Positions 9,552 to 22,001 of a DNA stretch of 64,000 bases are shown here, piece after piece. The first letter of the stretch is position 1; the number at the start of each line of letters is the position of its first letter. A model generated the notes under the pieces. The model had not been told where the DNA came from, ran no database searches, and saw nothing but the letters and a program-made list of their open reading frames with translations. Location: the NCBI GenBank assembly GCA_963762145.1, contig CAVXJS010000015.1, positions 256,001-320,000 on the forward strand, read 5' to 3'. Source of the stretch: an uncultured Candidatus Rokubacteria bacterium. GTDB lineage: Bacteria; Methylomirabilota; Methylomirabilia; Rokubacteriales; CSP1-6. The position numbers and the translations under genes were made by a program.

Positions 9552-9724
9552 ATGGACCCCACGCTGCGGATCGCGCGCCCGTGACCCTGGCTCTCGTCGG
9601 ACTCGCGGCCGTGGTCTTCACCGCCTTGGTCGGCGTCGTGCACACCGTCACGGAGCGGCGGCGCCTGCGTCGGACCGAACAGCAGTGGGAGGAGCGGGAG
9701 CGCCTGCTGAACCGCAAGCCGTAG
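9552..9724 (+). CDS. Small single-pass membrane protein (probable frameshift near 9577)
   Basis: ATG 9552, then frame from 9581 VTLALVGLAAVVFTALVGVVHTVTERRRLRRTEQQWEERERLLNRKP*; TAGGAT -10 six nt before ATG. Confidence 0.4.
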
Positions 9725-9730
9725 TTGAAG

Positions 9731-9806
9731 TGGTGGCGGCGGGAGGACTCGAACCTCCGACACGGGGCTTATGAGACCCCTGCTCTGCCACCTGAGCTAC
9801 GCCGCC
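9731..9806 (-). tRNA. tRNA-Met (CAT), elongator type
   Basis: GGCGGCGTAGCTCAGGTGGCAGAGCAGGGGTCTCATAAGCCCCGTGTCGGAGGTTCGAGTCCTCCCGCCGCCACCA: cloverleaf, CAT anticodon, encoded CCA, paired G1:C72. Confidence 0.93.
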
Positions 9807-9891
9807 TTGGTAATCAGATCAGCAAGTTGCAGGCAGGGATTCTATCACGCCTCCCCGAGCCCGCCCGGAATTGTGCCGGAAACCGGGCGGA

Positions 9892-10314
9892 TCAGGACGC
9901 GAGGGAGGGCGCGGCGTGCGGCGAGGCGGGAGTCGGCGGGAGCTGGCGCTCGACCGCGAGGCGGAGATCGGCCGCCGGCGCGGGCTTCATGAGCACCGGC
10001 GCGGCGAGCCGCATGAGGAAGTTCGCGTACTGAGGCGTGTACCCGCGCTGGATCCGGAAGATCACCGGCGGAGCCAGCCGGCCGGAGGTCTTCAGGAGCT
10101 CGTACAACGCGGGCCCGTTGAGCTGGGGCATGTTGAGGTCGGCGAGCACGAGATCGTAGCCGTGGCGGGCCAGCAGGGCGACCACGTCCGCCTTCGTGGC
10201 GGCGGTATCCACCGCGTAGCCGGCTTCTCCGAGGACGCGCGAGGTTTCCTGCCGTTCTCGCGCGTCATCATCTACCACCAGGATCCGACCGCGCCCGGTG
10301 AGGGTCGCGCTCAT
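9892..10314 (-). CDS. Single-domain response regulator
   Basis: ILVVDDD, LVLADLNMPQLNG, LMKP; ATGA overlap with upstream gene. Confidence 0.85.
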   Translation of the reverse strand: MSATLTGRGRILVVDDDARERQETSRVLGEAGYAVDTAATKADVVALLARHGYDLVLADLNMPQLNGPALYELLKTSGRLAPPVIFRIQRGYTPQYANFLMRLAAPVLMKPAPAADLRLAVERQLPPTPASPHAAPSLAS

Positions 10315-10958
10315 TGCCGCCCGCTGATGCGGTGCAGGGCCGCCTCGACCGCACGGGTGGCCTGGGCCGCGAGTGCCTGGAGCGCGTCGGACAGGTTATC
10401 GCGCTCTCCGCGCAGCCCCTCGTTGTCCTCCCGGAGTCGCCGCACTTCCTCGGCGAGCGCGTTCCGCTCGGTCTCGAGCGCGCTCATGTCGGCCTGCAGG
10501 TGTCCCGCGTCTTCCAGCCAGCCGCCCAGGACCTGCACCAGCTCGTGCGCCTCGTCCGCCCACCGGGCCGTCTGGTCGGCCACCCGCGCGCCCGCGCCGG
10601 TCGGGGCTCCTCCGTTGGTCCCCTTGCGCGCCACTGTCACGGTGGGCTCGACGCGGGTCGGCCAGCGGCCACGCGAGAGGTCACGCCGGACGCCGGTGGG
10701 CGTGAGATCGAGGACCGCGTAGATCCGCGAGTAGGGCAGCCGGGCCGCCTCGTTCGCCTCGCGGATCCACTGGGACTGTTCCGCGCCGAACAGGCAGAGA
10801 CCACGGGCCTCGGCGGGGAACACCGCGCTGCTGATGTAGCGCACCTTCTTGCCGAGGCCCTGCAGCCGCGCACACGCGGTCACCAGGCCCGGAAGATTGG
10901 AGCGGAAATATTCGGGGGGTACCTGACTCAGATCACGCTCGACTGCGAACAACGGCAT
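10311..10958 (-). CDS. DUF4242 (SCO4226-like) domain fused to a C-terminal coiled coil
   Basis: MPLFAVERDL...YISS...CLFGA...IREANEAARLPYSRI; heptad tail LETERNALAEEVRRLREDNEGLRGERDNL. Confidence 0.65.
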   Translation of the reverse strand: MPLFAVERDLSQVPPEYFRSNLPGLVTACARLQGLGKKVRYISSAVFPAEARGLCLFGAEQSQWIREANEAARLPYSRIYAVLDLTPTGVRRDLSRGRWPTRVEPTVTVARKGTNGGAPTGAGARVADQTARWADEAHELVQVLGGWLEDAGHLQADMSALETERNALAEEVRRLREDNEGLRGERDNLSDALQALAAQATRAVEAALHRISGRQ

Positions 10959-11192
10959 CGTTCTCTATTCTCCTCGTGGGTGCTCACAACGGTCCGGTCG
11001 GATCGTAGGCGGTGCGAGAAGGGGCCGTCAAGTACGGAGGCGCCCTCTAGAAATGCGGGCGCGGACGCGGTCGCGCGCGAATCGCCCCCTTTGATAGGGA
11101 ATCGCGAGGGTGATGCTCGCCGGCCCGCGCCAGCGCTGCGCGCCCGCATCGAGGCGGCCGCGGAGCCGCATCAGCGCGTGCAAATCTCGTGT

Positions 11193-11219
11193 TGTGGATG
11201 AGTGGGGATAAGTGGATAA
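11193..11219. promoter_or_regulatory. Three tandem DnaA-box-like 9-mers
   Basis: TGTGGATGA, TGGGGATAA, AGTGGATAA, each one mismatch from TGTGGATAA. Confidence 0.5.
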
Positions 11220-11244
11220 GTCCGGCGAAATGGGCAAAATGGCG

Positions 11245-11272
11245 TGGACACTCAAGACCCCTTTGCTATAAT
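11245..11272 (+). promoter_or_regulatory. sigma70 promoter with extended -10 for the acidic protein gene
   Basis: TGGACA-16nt-TATAAT with TG at -15/-14 (TGCTATAAT). Confidence 0.65.
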
Positions 11273-11311
11273 CCCGCCCAGCGCAAAGGCCTTACTCGGG
11301 AGGAGCTTTAC

Positions 11312-11551
11312 ATGGCCAGCCTCGGCAATCACCCGTGGATCGAAGAAGAGCAGGTGCCGCTGCTCGCGCCCGACGACGAGGACGAGGACAAGGAGGACGC
11401 GGACGACGACGCGGATGACGACGACCTCGATGACGAGGACGATGACTTCGACGACGACGACGATTTCGACGACGACGATCTCGACGATGACCTCGACGAC
11501 GACGAGGAGGACGACGACGAGGAAAAGGACGACGACAAGGACGACGCCTGA
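11312..11551 (+). CDS. 79-aa Asp/Glu-rich low-complexity protein
   Basis: GGAGGAG RBS, ATG 11312; MASLGNHPWIEEEQVPLLAP followed by a 59-aa poly-D/E tail. Confidence 0.65.
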   Translation: MASLGNHPWIEEEQVPLLAPDDEDEDKEDADDDADDDDLDDEDDDFDDDDDFDDDDLDDDLDDDEEDDDEEKDDDKDDA

Positions 11552-11607
11552 CTAGGCTGAGGGCTCGATGCAGTGACTGATCCGCGGTCTTTCCCGGGAG
11601 GGTAGCG

Positions 11608-12309
11608 ATGGCACTGATGAGCTCCGAGGGCTGGCTGTTCCTCTTGCGCTGGATTCACTTCCTGGCGGGCATCACCTGGATCGGGCTCCTGTACTACTTC
11701 AACTTCGCCCAGGTCCCCTTCTTCGCCGAGACCGAGCCGGGAGTGCGCTCGGGCGCGCAGCAGAAGCTGTTGCCCCGCGTGATGTGGTGGTTCCGGTGGG
11801 GCGCGATGATCACGTTCCTCTCCGGCTGGCTTTACCTGCTTCACTACTGGCTCGGGCTCCGGGGCATCAACGACCCGGGCACCTGGAAGATCCTGCTGGG
11901 GGGGCTCCTGGGATCGATCATGTGGGCCAACGTGTGGTTCGTGATCTGGCCGCGCAACAAGATCGTGATCCAGAACGCGCTCGACACCGCGGCGGGAAAG
12001 CCGGCCAACCCGGCGGCGGCCGCGGCGGGAGCGCGGGGCGGCCTGGCCTCCCGCACCAACGTCGTGCTGTCCTTCCCGATGCTCTTCTTCATGGGCGCGG
12101 CCAACCACTTCGGCACCCTGACCGTCGGCAAGTCGGGGCTGGTCTTCTGGGTCGTGGCGCTGGCGATCATGGTGCTGGTCGAGATCAACGCGCTGGTGGG
12201 CACGCCGGGCAAGGGCGCGGCCAAGCCGCTCGCCACCGTGAAGGGCACCCTCTGGTTCGGCGTGATCCTGACCCTGGTCTACTATCTCTGGTTCGAGATC
12301 ATGAAGTAG
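11608..12309 (+). CDS. Urate hydroxylase PuuD-like membrane protein (Urate_ox_N), no cytochrome c domain
   Basis: LLRWIHFLAGITWIGLLYYFNF, WFRWGA, IMWANVWFVIWP, SRTNVVLSFPMLFFM; no CxxCH. Confidence 0.8.
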   Translation: MALMSSEGWLFLLRWIHFLAGITWIGLLYYFNFAQVPFFAETEPGVRSGAQQKLLPRVMWWFRWGAMITFLSGWLYLLHYWLGLRGINDPGTWKILLGGLLGSIMWANVWFVIWPRNKIVIQNALDTAAGKPANPAAAAAGARGGLASRTNVVLSFPMLFFMGAANHFGTLTVGKSGLVFWVVALAIMVLVEINALVGTPGKGAAKPLATVKGTLWFGVILTLVYYLWFEIMK

Positions 12310-12332
12310 ACCCCGCCCGCGCCGCGCGCCCG

Positions 12333-12923
12333 TCAGGGGCCGAGGTCGGTCAGCAGCTCGGCCTTGGTCTCGTCCGACAGGCGGGCGCGCGCGCGCGCGG
12401 CGGGGTGATCGGTCACCAGGTCCACCGGAGCGGTCCGGAAGGCCTGAACCGCCTCGTGGGAGAACGCGAAGCGCACGAAGTGCACCGCGGCGAGCTTCCC
12501 CTTCTCCTCGTCGGAGTGACCCGCCTCGAAGACGCCGGGCACCCGCAGCCCGCCCGTCATCTCCATCCACACGTGATCGCCGGTGTCGATGCCCATGAAG
12601 CGGTCCAGCACCGGCTTGATCTGGTCCTTGTCGGCGATCTCGATGAACAGCGTGGCCGAGAGCTCGCCCGGCCGGGGGAGCAGCGCGCTGTAGACGTCGA
12701 TCTCCTCCTGCACCCGCGCGTCGTCGATGATGCGCTCCGCGCGACACATCTCCTGGATCTGGAACAGGAGCGTCGCCCGGTTCTCGAAGACGAACGAGAG
12801 GTAGGGGCCCACCTCGACCCGCCGCTTCTCCTTCAGCGCGATCACCCGGCGCCGCCGGTCCTCGCGCACCTTCTCGTACTCGAAGAAGTTGATGACGTCG
12901 GCGAGGCGGATCGGGGCCGTCAC
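12333..12923 (-). CDS. DUF3501 family protein
   Basis: EYEKVR...KEKRRVEVG...FENRAT...QIQEM...ELSATLFIE...AVHFVRF; GTGA overlap with upstream gene. Confidence 0.85.
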   Translation of the reverse strand: MTAPIRLADVINFFEYEKVREDRRRRVIALKEKRRVEVGPYLSFVFENRATLLFQIQEMCRAERIIDDARVQEEIDVYSALLPRPGELSATLFIEIADKDQIKPVLDRFMGIDTGDHVWMEMTGGLRVPGVFEAGHSDEEKGKLAAVHFVRFAFSHEAVQAFRTAPVDLVTDHPAARARARLSDETKAELLTDLGP

Positions 12924-14200
12924 GCCGGGCGCTCCGGATCGAGGCCGTAGGCCTCGGCCAGGATCTGGATGGGGTGCCGCGCGGTCCGCCCGGTGCCCTG
13001 GTGGATCTGCAGCGCGGCGAGCGGGCAGTCGGTGGCGACCCGGTCGGGCTTGGCCGCCTCGACGTCGCGGAACAGGGGCTCGGCCAGCTTCATGGACAGC
13101 TCGAAGTACTCCGTCTTCATGCCCCAGGTGCCGTCCACCGCCGAGCAGCGCTCGATCACCTCGACCGGGGCGCCGGTCAGGCGCAGCACGTCGGCGGAGC
13201 GGGTGCCCATGTTCTGGGCCTTGAGGTGGCACGGCAGCTGGTAGGCGATGGTGCCCGGCGCGTTCGGGAACGTCGTGTCGAGCCGGCCCTTCTCGTGCAG
13301 CCCGGCGAGGTACTCGAAGAGGTCCCGCGTGTGCGCGGCGACCAGGTTGGCGTCCTCCGAGCCGTCGAGCCACGGGTATTCCTGCTTGAGCATGTAGGAG
13401 CACGTCGGGCCCGGCACCACGATCTCCCGTCCGAGCCGGACCTGCTCCGCGAGGCTCTTGACGTTCGCCGCGATCAGCCGCTTGGCCTCCGTCACCGCGC
13501 CCCCGTCGAGGTAGGGCATGCCGCAGCAGCGCTGGGCGGGCAGCGCCACGTCCACCCCGTTCTTCTCGAGCACCGCCACCGCGGCCTTGCCGGTGGCGGG
13601 GTCGTTGTACTCCACCGAGCACGTGGTGAACAGGGCGACGCGGTCGCGCGCCGGCCCGGTCGGTGCGGCGGGCGCCTTCCGCTGGTCGAACCAGCGGGAG
13701 AACGTCTCGCGGTGGAAGGGCGGCAGGTTGCGCCGGGCGTGGATGCCGACCGCCTTCTCCATGAACTTGCGGTTCACCCACACCGCGTTCATCCAGTTGG
13801 AGACCGGCGCGGTGAGACTGCCGATGCGCCCGACCAGCTCGGTGTTGCCGAGGAAGCGGTCCTGCAGGGTCACGCCGTGGGCGCGCGCCTCCGCGGAGCG
13901 GGCGCGCAGCATGAGGCGCGGGAAGTCGACCTCCCAGCGGTGGGGCGGCGTGTAGGGGCAGTGGTTGTAGCAGAGCTTGCACTGGTAGCAGAGATCGACG
14001 ACTTCCTTGACGTCCGCCGCGGGCAGCTTCTCGACGTCGCCGTCCACCGCGTCCACGTCGAGCCGATCGAACAGGACCCGGAACGAGGGGCAGAGCGGCA
14101 GGCAGCGGCGGCAGCCCGCGCAGATGTCGTAGACCCGGCGCAGCTCGGTGTCCACGCGATCGAGCTGCCAGAACTCCGGGACGCGAATGTCGAGTGTCAT
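12920..14200 (-). CDS. Rubrerythrin-associated Fe-S oxidoreductase (GlpC/HdrD-like, CCG domains)
   Basis: [44 protein letters not shown]. Confidence 0.88.
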   Translation of the reverse strand: MTLDIRVPEFWQLDRVDTELRRVYDICAGCRRCLPLCPSFRVLFDRLDVDAVDGDVEKLPAADVKEVVDLCYQCKLCYNHCPYTPPHRWEVDFPRLMLRARSAEARAHGVTLQDRFLGNTELVGRIGSLTAPVSNWMNAVWVNRKFMEKAVGIHARRNLPPFHRETFSRWFDQRKAPAAPTGPARDRVALFTTCSVEYNDPATGKAAVAVLEKNGVDVALPAQRCCGMPYLDGGAVTEAKRLIAANVKSLAEQVRLGREIVVPGPTCSYMLKQEYPWLDGSEDANLVAAHTRDLFEYLAGLHEKGRLDTTFPNAPGTIAYQLPCHLKAQNMGTRSADVLRLTGAPVEVIERCSAVDGTWGMKTEYFELSMKLAEPLFRDVEAAKPDRVATDCPLAALQIHQGTGRTARHPIQILAEAYGLDPERPA

Positions 14201-14290
14201 CGTCCTCTCACGAGCGGGGATGGCGCGAGGGCGAGAGCCGGGCGCCGGCTCCCGCCCCGGCGCCCGGCCCGAGTCCCGTCGAGGGCCCGG

Positions 14291-14740
14291 CTAGATGGCG
14301 TCGGCCGGCTCCTTGCCCGCGACCTGGTTGAGGCCCTTGGTGAAGCGGCCGGCGTGCGACTTCTCGGCCTTGGCGAGCGTCTCGAACCACTCGGCGAGCT
14401 CGGCGAAGCCCTCGTCGCGCGCGGTCTTGGCCATGCCCGGGTACATCTGGGTGTACTCGTAGGTCTCGCCCGCGACGGAGGCCTTGAGGTTCTTCTCGGT
14501 CTTGCCGATCGGCTCGCCGGTGGCCGGGTCGCCCACTTCCTTCAGGAAGTCGAGGTGGCCGAAGGCGTGGCCGGTCTCGGCGTCGGCGGTGTCCTTGAAC
14601 AGTCCCGCCACGTCCGGGAAGCCCTCGATGTCGGCGACCCGCGCGAAGTACAGGTACCGGCGGTTGGCCTGCGACTCGCCCGCGAAGGCTTCCTTCAGGT
14701 TCTCGTGGCTCTTGCTGCCCTTCAGAGGCTTCCCTGCCAT
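14291..14740 (-). CDS. rbr: Rubrerythrin (short aerobic type, no rubredoxin domain)
   Basis: [44 protein letters not shown]. Confidence 0.92.
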   Translation of the reverse strand: MAGKPLKGSKSHENLKEAFAGESQANRRYLYFARVADIEGFPDVAGLFKDTADAETGHAFGHLDFLKEVGDPATGEPIGKTEKNLKASVAGETYEYTQMYPGMAKTARDEGFAELAEWFETLAKAEKSHAGRFTKGLNQVAGKEPADAI

Positions 14741-14797
14741 GGTGAATCCTCCTTTCGGTTGATGGTGGCGGCGGCTCGGGGGCGGCGGCCCGCCGAG

Positions 14798-15293
14798 CTA
14801 CGGCGTCGCGCGCCGGCTCCGCGCCCGACCACCGGCGCGGCGCTGGCACTCGGAACAGCGGCCGTAGAACTCGATGCGATGGTGCGTGACACTCCCCCCG
14901 CTCTGGGCGGCCACCCGCCCGACAGAGGGCGCGCGAGTGCGGATCGGTGCTCGGCGCCGGCGACGTCGCTGATCCGCCCGCAGCTCGAGGCAGGTGAAGT
15001 GGTGGTGCTCGCTCAGGTTGCCGTCGAAGCGCGCGTGCGGGCCCGGGCAGCTCCTTCACGAGCCCCTCGGCGACCAGCAGGCGGAGATTGCGGTACACGG
15101 TGCCGAGGCTCACGCGGGGCAGCCGGCGGCGGACCATCTGGTGGACCCACTCCGCGGTGGGGTGCGAGTCGGTGCCGCGCACGACGTCGAGGACGACCCG
15201 GCGGGGCCCGGTGAGCCGGAGGCCGCGGGCGCGGAGCGCAGTCTCGGCGCCCTCCGACGCGGGCCGAGCCGCCTTTTTAGGAATGGTTCTCAT
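14798..15293 (-). CDS. perR: Fur-family repressor, probably PerR (frameshifted)
   Basis: GLRLTGPR...SHPTAEWVH...SLGTVYRNL...[14 protein letters not shown]...[12 protein letters not shown]; heads the rubrerythrin operon. Confidence 0.8.
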
Positions 15294-15333
15294 TACGGAA
15301 CAGGAGAGTACCGGCTCGCGCGGCGCGTGTCAA
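15278..15333 (-). promoter_or_regulatory. perR promoter with a Fur/Per box over the start codon
   Basis: TTGACA(15333-15328)-17nt-TACTCT(15310-15305); box GTAATGAGAACCATTCCTA at 15296-15278 contains the ATG. Confidence 0.7.
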
Positions 15334-15366
15334 GCGCCACGCACGCCCGCGCGGCGCGTCGCGCTA

Positions 15367-15395
15367 TTGAAGGCTCCCGGGCCGTCGCGTAGACT
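15367..15395 (+). promoter_or_regulatory. sigma70 promoter for uvrA
   Basis: TTGAAG-17nt-TAGACT, followed by AGGAGG RBS. Confidence 0.55.
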
Positions 15396-15419
15396 CCCCA
15401 TCTCAGGAGGATCGCTCGA

Positions 15420-18248
<2,829 letters not shown>

Positions 18249-18249
<1 letters not shown>

Positions 18250-19508
18250 TGGACTATCACCACCTGCTCGAGGCGACGGGCATCGTCGTCTCGGGCGTCC
18301 TCTTCTACTCGCTGGCCTACGGTTGGTTCGCTCCCGACGACCCGCGCCGGCGGCCCTTCTGGAGGGTCACGCTCGGCCTGGTCTGGGGCGCCATCGCGGT
18401 GATCCTCATGATCTCCCGCATCGAGACCCGCGAGGGCGTCTTCGTCGACGGGCGCGCGATCCCGATCGCCCTCATCGGCCTCTTCGAGGGCTGGGGACCT
18501 GCGCTCATCGCGGGGCTGGCCGCCGCGGCCTACCGGATCTACATGGGCGGTTCCGGCGCGGGGGCGGGCCTGGTCGTCATCATCTCGGTGGCGGTGGCGG
18601 CCGGGCTGGCGCACCGCTGGGCGGGAGGGACCGAGCGGGTGCGGCTCCACCACGCCTTCGCGCTCGCGGTGGGGACATTCTTCATCACCTTCGCCGGCTT
18701 CGGGCTGCTGGGCGAGCCCGGCCGGACCCTGTTCGCGCGCGTCTGGCCGTCCTATCTCCTGCTGACGGTGGGCGGACTTCCGATGCTCGCGCTGCTCATG
18801 CAGAGCATCGTCGAGCGGCGGATGCTCGCCCAGGAGCGCGAGCGCTTCCGCGCCGTCCTCGACGACGCCACCGACGCGGTGCGCATCGTGGACGCGGAGA
18901 GCCAGCGCATCCTCGACTGCAATCGCGCGGACTGCGAGCTCTCCGGCTTCGCGCGGGACGCGATGCTGGGGCGCGACTCCCGCCAGTTCTGGCCGGAGGG
19001 GGGTGCGAGCGGCGCCGCCCGCGCGGAGCCCTCGCCCGAGGCGCGCGAGACGGGGGTGGCGCGGACCCTGAGCGTGCCGTTCATGACCGCGACCGGTCGG
19101 ACGCTCGCGGTGGACTGCTCGCGCCGCACCGTCGCGTACCGGGGCCGGAGTTACGAGATCGTGATCTACCGCGACGCCGCCGAGCGGCTCGCGGGCGAGG
19201 AGGCACGGCGGGAGGCCGCGTCGCTCCGATCCGTGAATCTGCTCGCCCAGGCGGCCGCCCACGAGATCAACAATCCGCTCGCGATCATCATGGGCTACAG
19301 CCAGCTCCTGGAGGAGCGCCTGGCCGCGGAGACCGAGGAAGGCGGATGGGCCCGCACCTGCCGCCGCGCCGGCGGGCGCATCCGGGACGCGGTGGGACGG
19401 CTCAACCGCATCGTTCGCGTCGAGAGCACCGAGTCCACCGGCTCGCTGCCCCCGATCCTGGACACGGAGCGATCCGGGGAGCGACCCGGCGACGATGCCC
19501 GGCGCTAG
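18249..19508 (+). CDS. 5TM-5TMR_LYT membrane sensor + PAS + HisKA, lacking HATPase_c
   Basis: VFVDGRAIPIALIGLFEGW; PAS (ILDCNRADCELSGFARDAMLGRD); AHEINNPLAII; ends about 75 aa after the H-box. Confidence 0.75.
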
Positions 19509-20739
19509 GCCCGGCGCTCGGCCAGGGCCACCCCGCGTCTTCCACGGCTGGATCGTGGTGACGGGCGCCTTCCTGATCCTCTTCATGGCGTACGGCACCC
19601 AGTACGCCTTCGGCGTCTTCTTCGCCGCCCTCATCGAGGAGTTCGGCTGGAGCCGGGCCAGCCTTTCCGGGGTCTTCTCGCTATACGCGTTCAGCTACGC
19701 CGCCTTCGCCCTCGTCTCGGGCCGGCTGACCGATCGCTGGGGACCGCGCGCGGTCATCGCAATCGGGGGCGTCCTGCTCGGGCTCGGGCTCATCGCGATG
19801 AGCCGCGTCACCGCGCTGTGGCAGCCCTACGTGTGCTACGGCCTCGTGGCCGCGCTGGGGATGTCCACCGCCTACGTGCCGTGCAACGCCACGGTGGCGA
19901 AGTGGTTCACGCGGCGCCGCGGCCTCGCGATCGGGCTGGCCAGCGCGGGCGGCAGCCTCGGAACCTTCGCGCTCCCGCCGGTCGCCCACCTGGTGGTGAG
20001 CCGGCTCGGCTGGCGATGGGCCTACGTCGTCTTCGGCGTCGCGGTCCTGCTCGCGCTCAACGGGCTCGCGGTGCTCATGCGGCGCGACCCCGAGACGATC
20101 GGTCTCGGCCCCGACGGCGACGCGCCCCGCGCGGGGGCGGCACGCCCGGAGGACTGGACGGCCCGCCGGGCGATGCGGACGCGCGCGTTCTGGCTGCTCT
20201 TCGCGGTGTTCGGCGCGACGTGGATCCCGGTCTTCGTCCCGCTCGTGCACCTGGTGCCGATGGCGCGGGGACTCGGGGTCCCGCCGCTGCTGGCCGCGAC
20301 CCTCGTCAGCGCGCTCGGCGCCTCCGCCCTGATCGGCCGCCTGCTCATGGGGGGCGCGTCCGACCTGATCGGGCGGCGGGGCGCGCTCGCGGTGTCCCTC
20401 GCGCTGCAGAGCGCCGCGTTCGTCGCCTTCGCGCTCGCCCGCGAGCTGCCCGGGCTCTACGTGGCGGCGATCGTCTTCGGGTTCTCCTACGGCGCCGGCT
20501 CGACCCTCTTTCCCGCCGCGGTCGCCGACTACTTCGGGCGCGAGCACGCCGCGAGCATCGCCGGCCTCCTGTTCGCGCTCGCCGGCTCGATGGCCGCCTG
20601 GGGCCCGCTGGCCGCCGGCTTCATCTACGACCGCGCCGGGAGCTACCAGCTCGCGTGGTGGCTCGGGGCCGGCTTCAACGCGCTCGCCCTGCTCGTGCTC
20701 GTCGTCGCCCGGCCGGCCGCTTCGCGATCCCCGGCTTGA
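19495..20739 (+). CDS. MFS transporter (OFA/MCT-like)
   Basis: About 12 hydrophobic segments; GRLTDRWGPR, KWFTRRRGLAIG, SDLIGRR. Confidence 0.88.
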   Translation: MPGARPGARPGPPRVFHGWIVVTGAFLILFMAYGTQYAFGVFFAALIEEFGWSRASLSGVFSLYAFSYAAFALVSGRLTDRWGPRAVIAIGGVLLGLGLIAMSRVTALWQPYVCYGLVAALGMSTAYVPCNATVAKWFTRRRGLAIGLASAGGSLGTFALPPVAHLVVSRLGWRWAYVVFGVAVLLALNGLAVLMRRDPETIGLGPDGDAPRAGAARPEDWTARRAMRTRAFWLLFAVFGATWIPVFVPLVHLVPMARGLGVPPLLAATLVSALGASALIGRLLMGGASDLIGRRGALAVSLALQSAAFVAFALARELPGLYVAAIVFGFSYGAGSTLFPAAVADYFGREHAASIAGLLFALAGSMAAWGPLAAGFIYDRAGSYQLAWWLGAGFNALALLVLVVARPAASRSPA

Positions 20740-20783
20740 CGCCCCCCGCCGCGCTCGCGTAAAGTCCCGGCGCGGAGGATCCC

Positions 20784-21999
20784 ATGCCCTCACTCAAGGA
20801 CAAGTACTGCATCGTCGGGGTCGGAGAGACCGAGTACAGCCGCCAGTCCGCGCGGAGCACCCGCGCGATGGCGGTCGAGGCGGTCCGCAACGCCATGCGC
20901 GACGCCGGGCTCGGCAAGGACGGAGTGGACGGCATGATGTCCTACCAGAGCGGCGACTCCGTCTTCGCCAACTTCGTCGCGCCCGATCTCGGCATCCGGC
21001 TCAACTTCTACATGGACGTCTTCGGCGGCGGCTCCTCCACCGAGGCCCTGATCGGCCTCGCGATGGGCGCCATCGAGGCCGGGATGTGCCACACGGTGGC
21101 GATCTTCCGCTCGATGAACGGCTACTCCGACTTCCGCATCGGCGGCACCGGGGCCCGCGCGGCCCAGCCGGTGCGCGGCATCGACCTGGCCCAGGTGCCC
21201 GTTCGGCATGCGCAGCGCGGGCCAGAACTTCGCGCCGACCTTCATGCGCCACATGTACGAGTACGGCACCACGTCGGAGCAGGTGGCGCACGTGCGGGTG
21301 GCCCACAGCAAGCACGCCTCGCAGAACCCGAAGGCGTTCCTCAAGGAGCGCGTCACGGTGGACGACGTGGTCGGCTCCCGGTGGATCTGCAAGCCGCTCC
21401 ACCTGCTCGACTGCTGCCTCGAGACCGACAACGCCACCGCGCTGATCGTCACGAGCGCCGAGCGCGCGCGGGACCTGCGCCGGAAGCCGGTCTACATCAT
21501 GGGCGTCGCGGGCCGGGTCAACAAGCCGCGCACCGACTTCCACTGGGCCCACGGGCCGATCACCCGGGTCGCGGGCTACTACGCCAAGGACATCGTGTTC
21601 GGCCAGGCCGGCATCACGCCGGAGGACGTGAACGTCACCGGCTCCTACGACGCCTTCACCTTCACCACCATGCTCCAGCTCGAGGAGTACGGCTTCTGCA
21701 AGAAGGGCGAGGGCGGACAGTACGTCTCGAGCGGCATCATCGAGCTCGGCGGCAAGCGGCCCAACAACACCTCGGGCAGCCACCTCTGCGAGGGCTACAC
21801 CCACGGCATCTCGATGGTGATCGAGAACGTGCGCCAGCTCCGCGGCCAGGTCGACGACTACTGCCCGGGCTGGGAGGACGGCAAGCACAGCTACGACTAC
21901 TCGCCGGGCAAGTGCCGCCAGGTGCGAGACGCGCGCGTCACCATGAATCTCGGCTGGGCGATGCCGCCGACCGGCTCCGCCCTCATCATGCGGAACTAG
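20784..21999 (+). CDS. Thiolase-like protein (SCP-x/Ltp type), one frameshift near 21195
   Basis: IVGVGETEY, PLHLLDCCLETD, YDAFT, NTSGSHLCEGY. Confidence 0.85.
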
Positions 22000-22001
22000 C
22001 G

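Noticed and set aside
9731-9806. tRNA(CAT) as tRNA-Ile2 (substrate of nearby TilS) or initiator tRNA
   Set aside because: Acceptor stem GGCGGCG has G4:C69 and G5:C68 and a paired G1:C72, matching elongator Met. It lacks the C4/C5 pairs of Ile2 and the 1:72 mismatch of fMet.
9500-9900. Integrative element at the tRNA
   Set aside because: No integrase, and I noticed no duplicated tRNA 3' end in the window.
10960-11310. Replication origin
   Set aside because: Only three imperfect boxes, no AT-rich unwinding element, and no dnaA, dnaN, gidA or parAB nearby.
11370-11550. CRISPR array or microsatellite
   Set aside because: GAC-rich tract is in-frame Asp/Glu coding with synonymous variation; no repeat-spacer structure and no cas genes.
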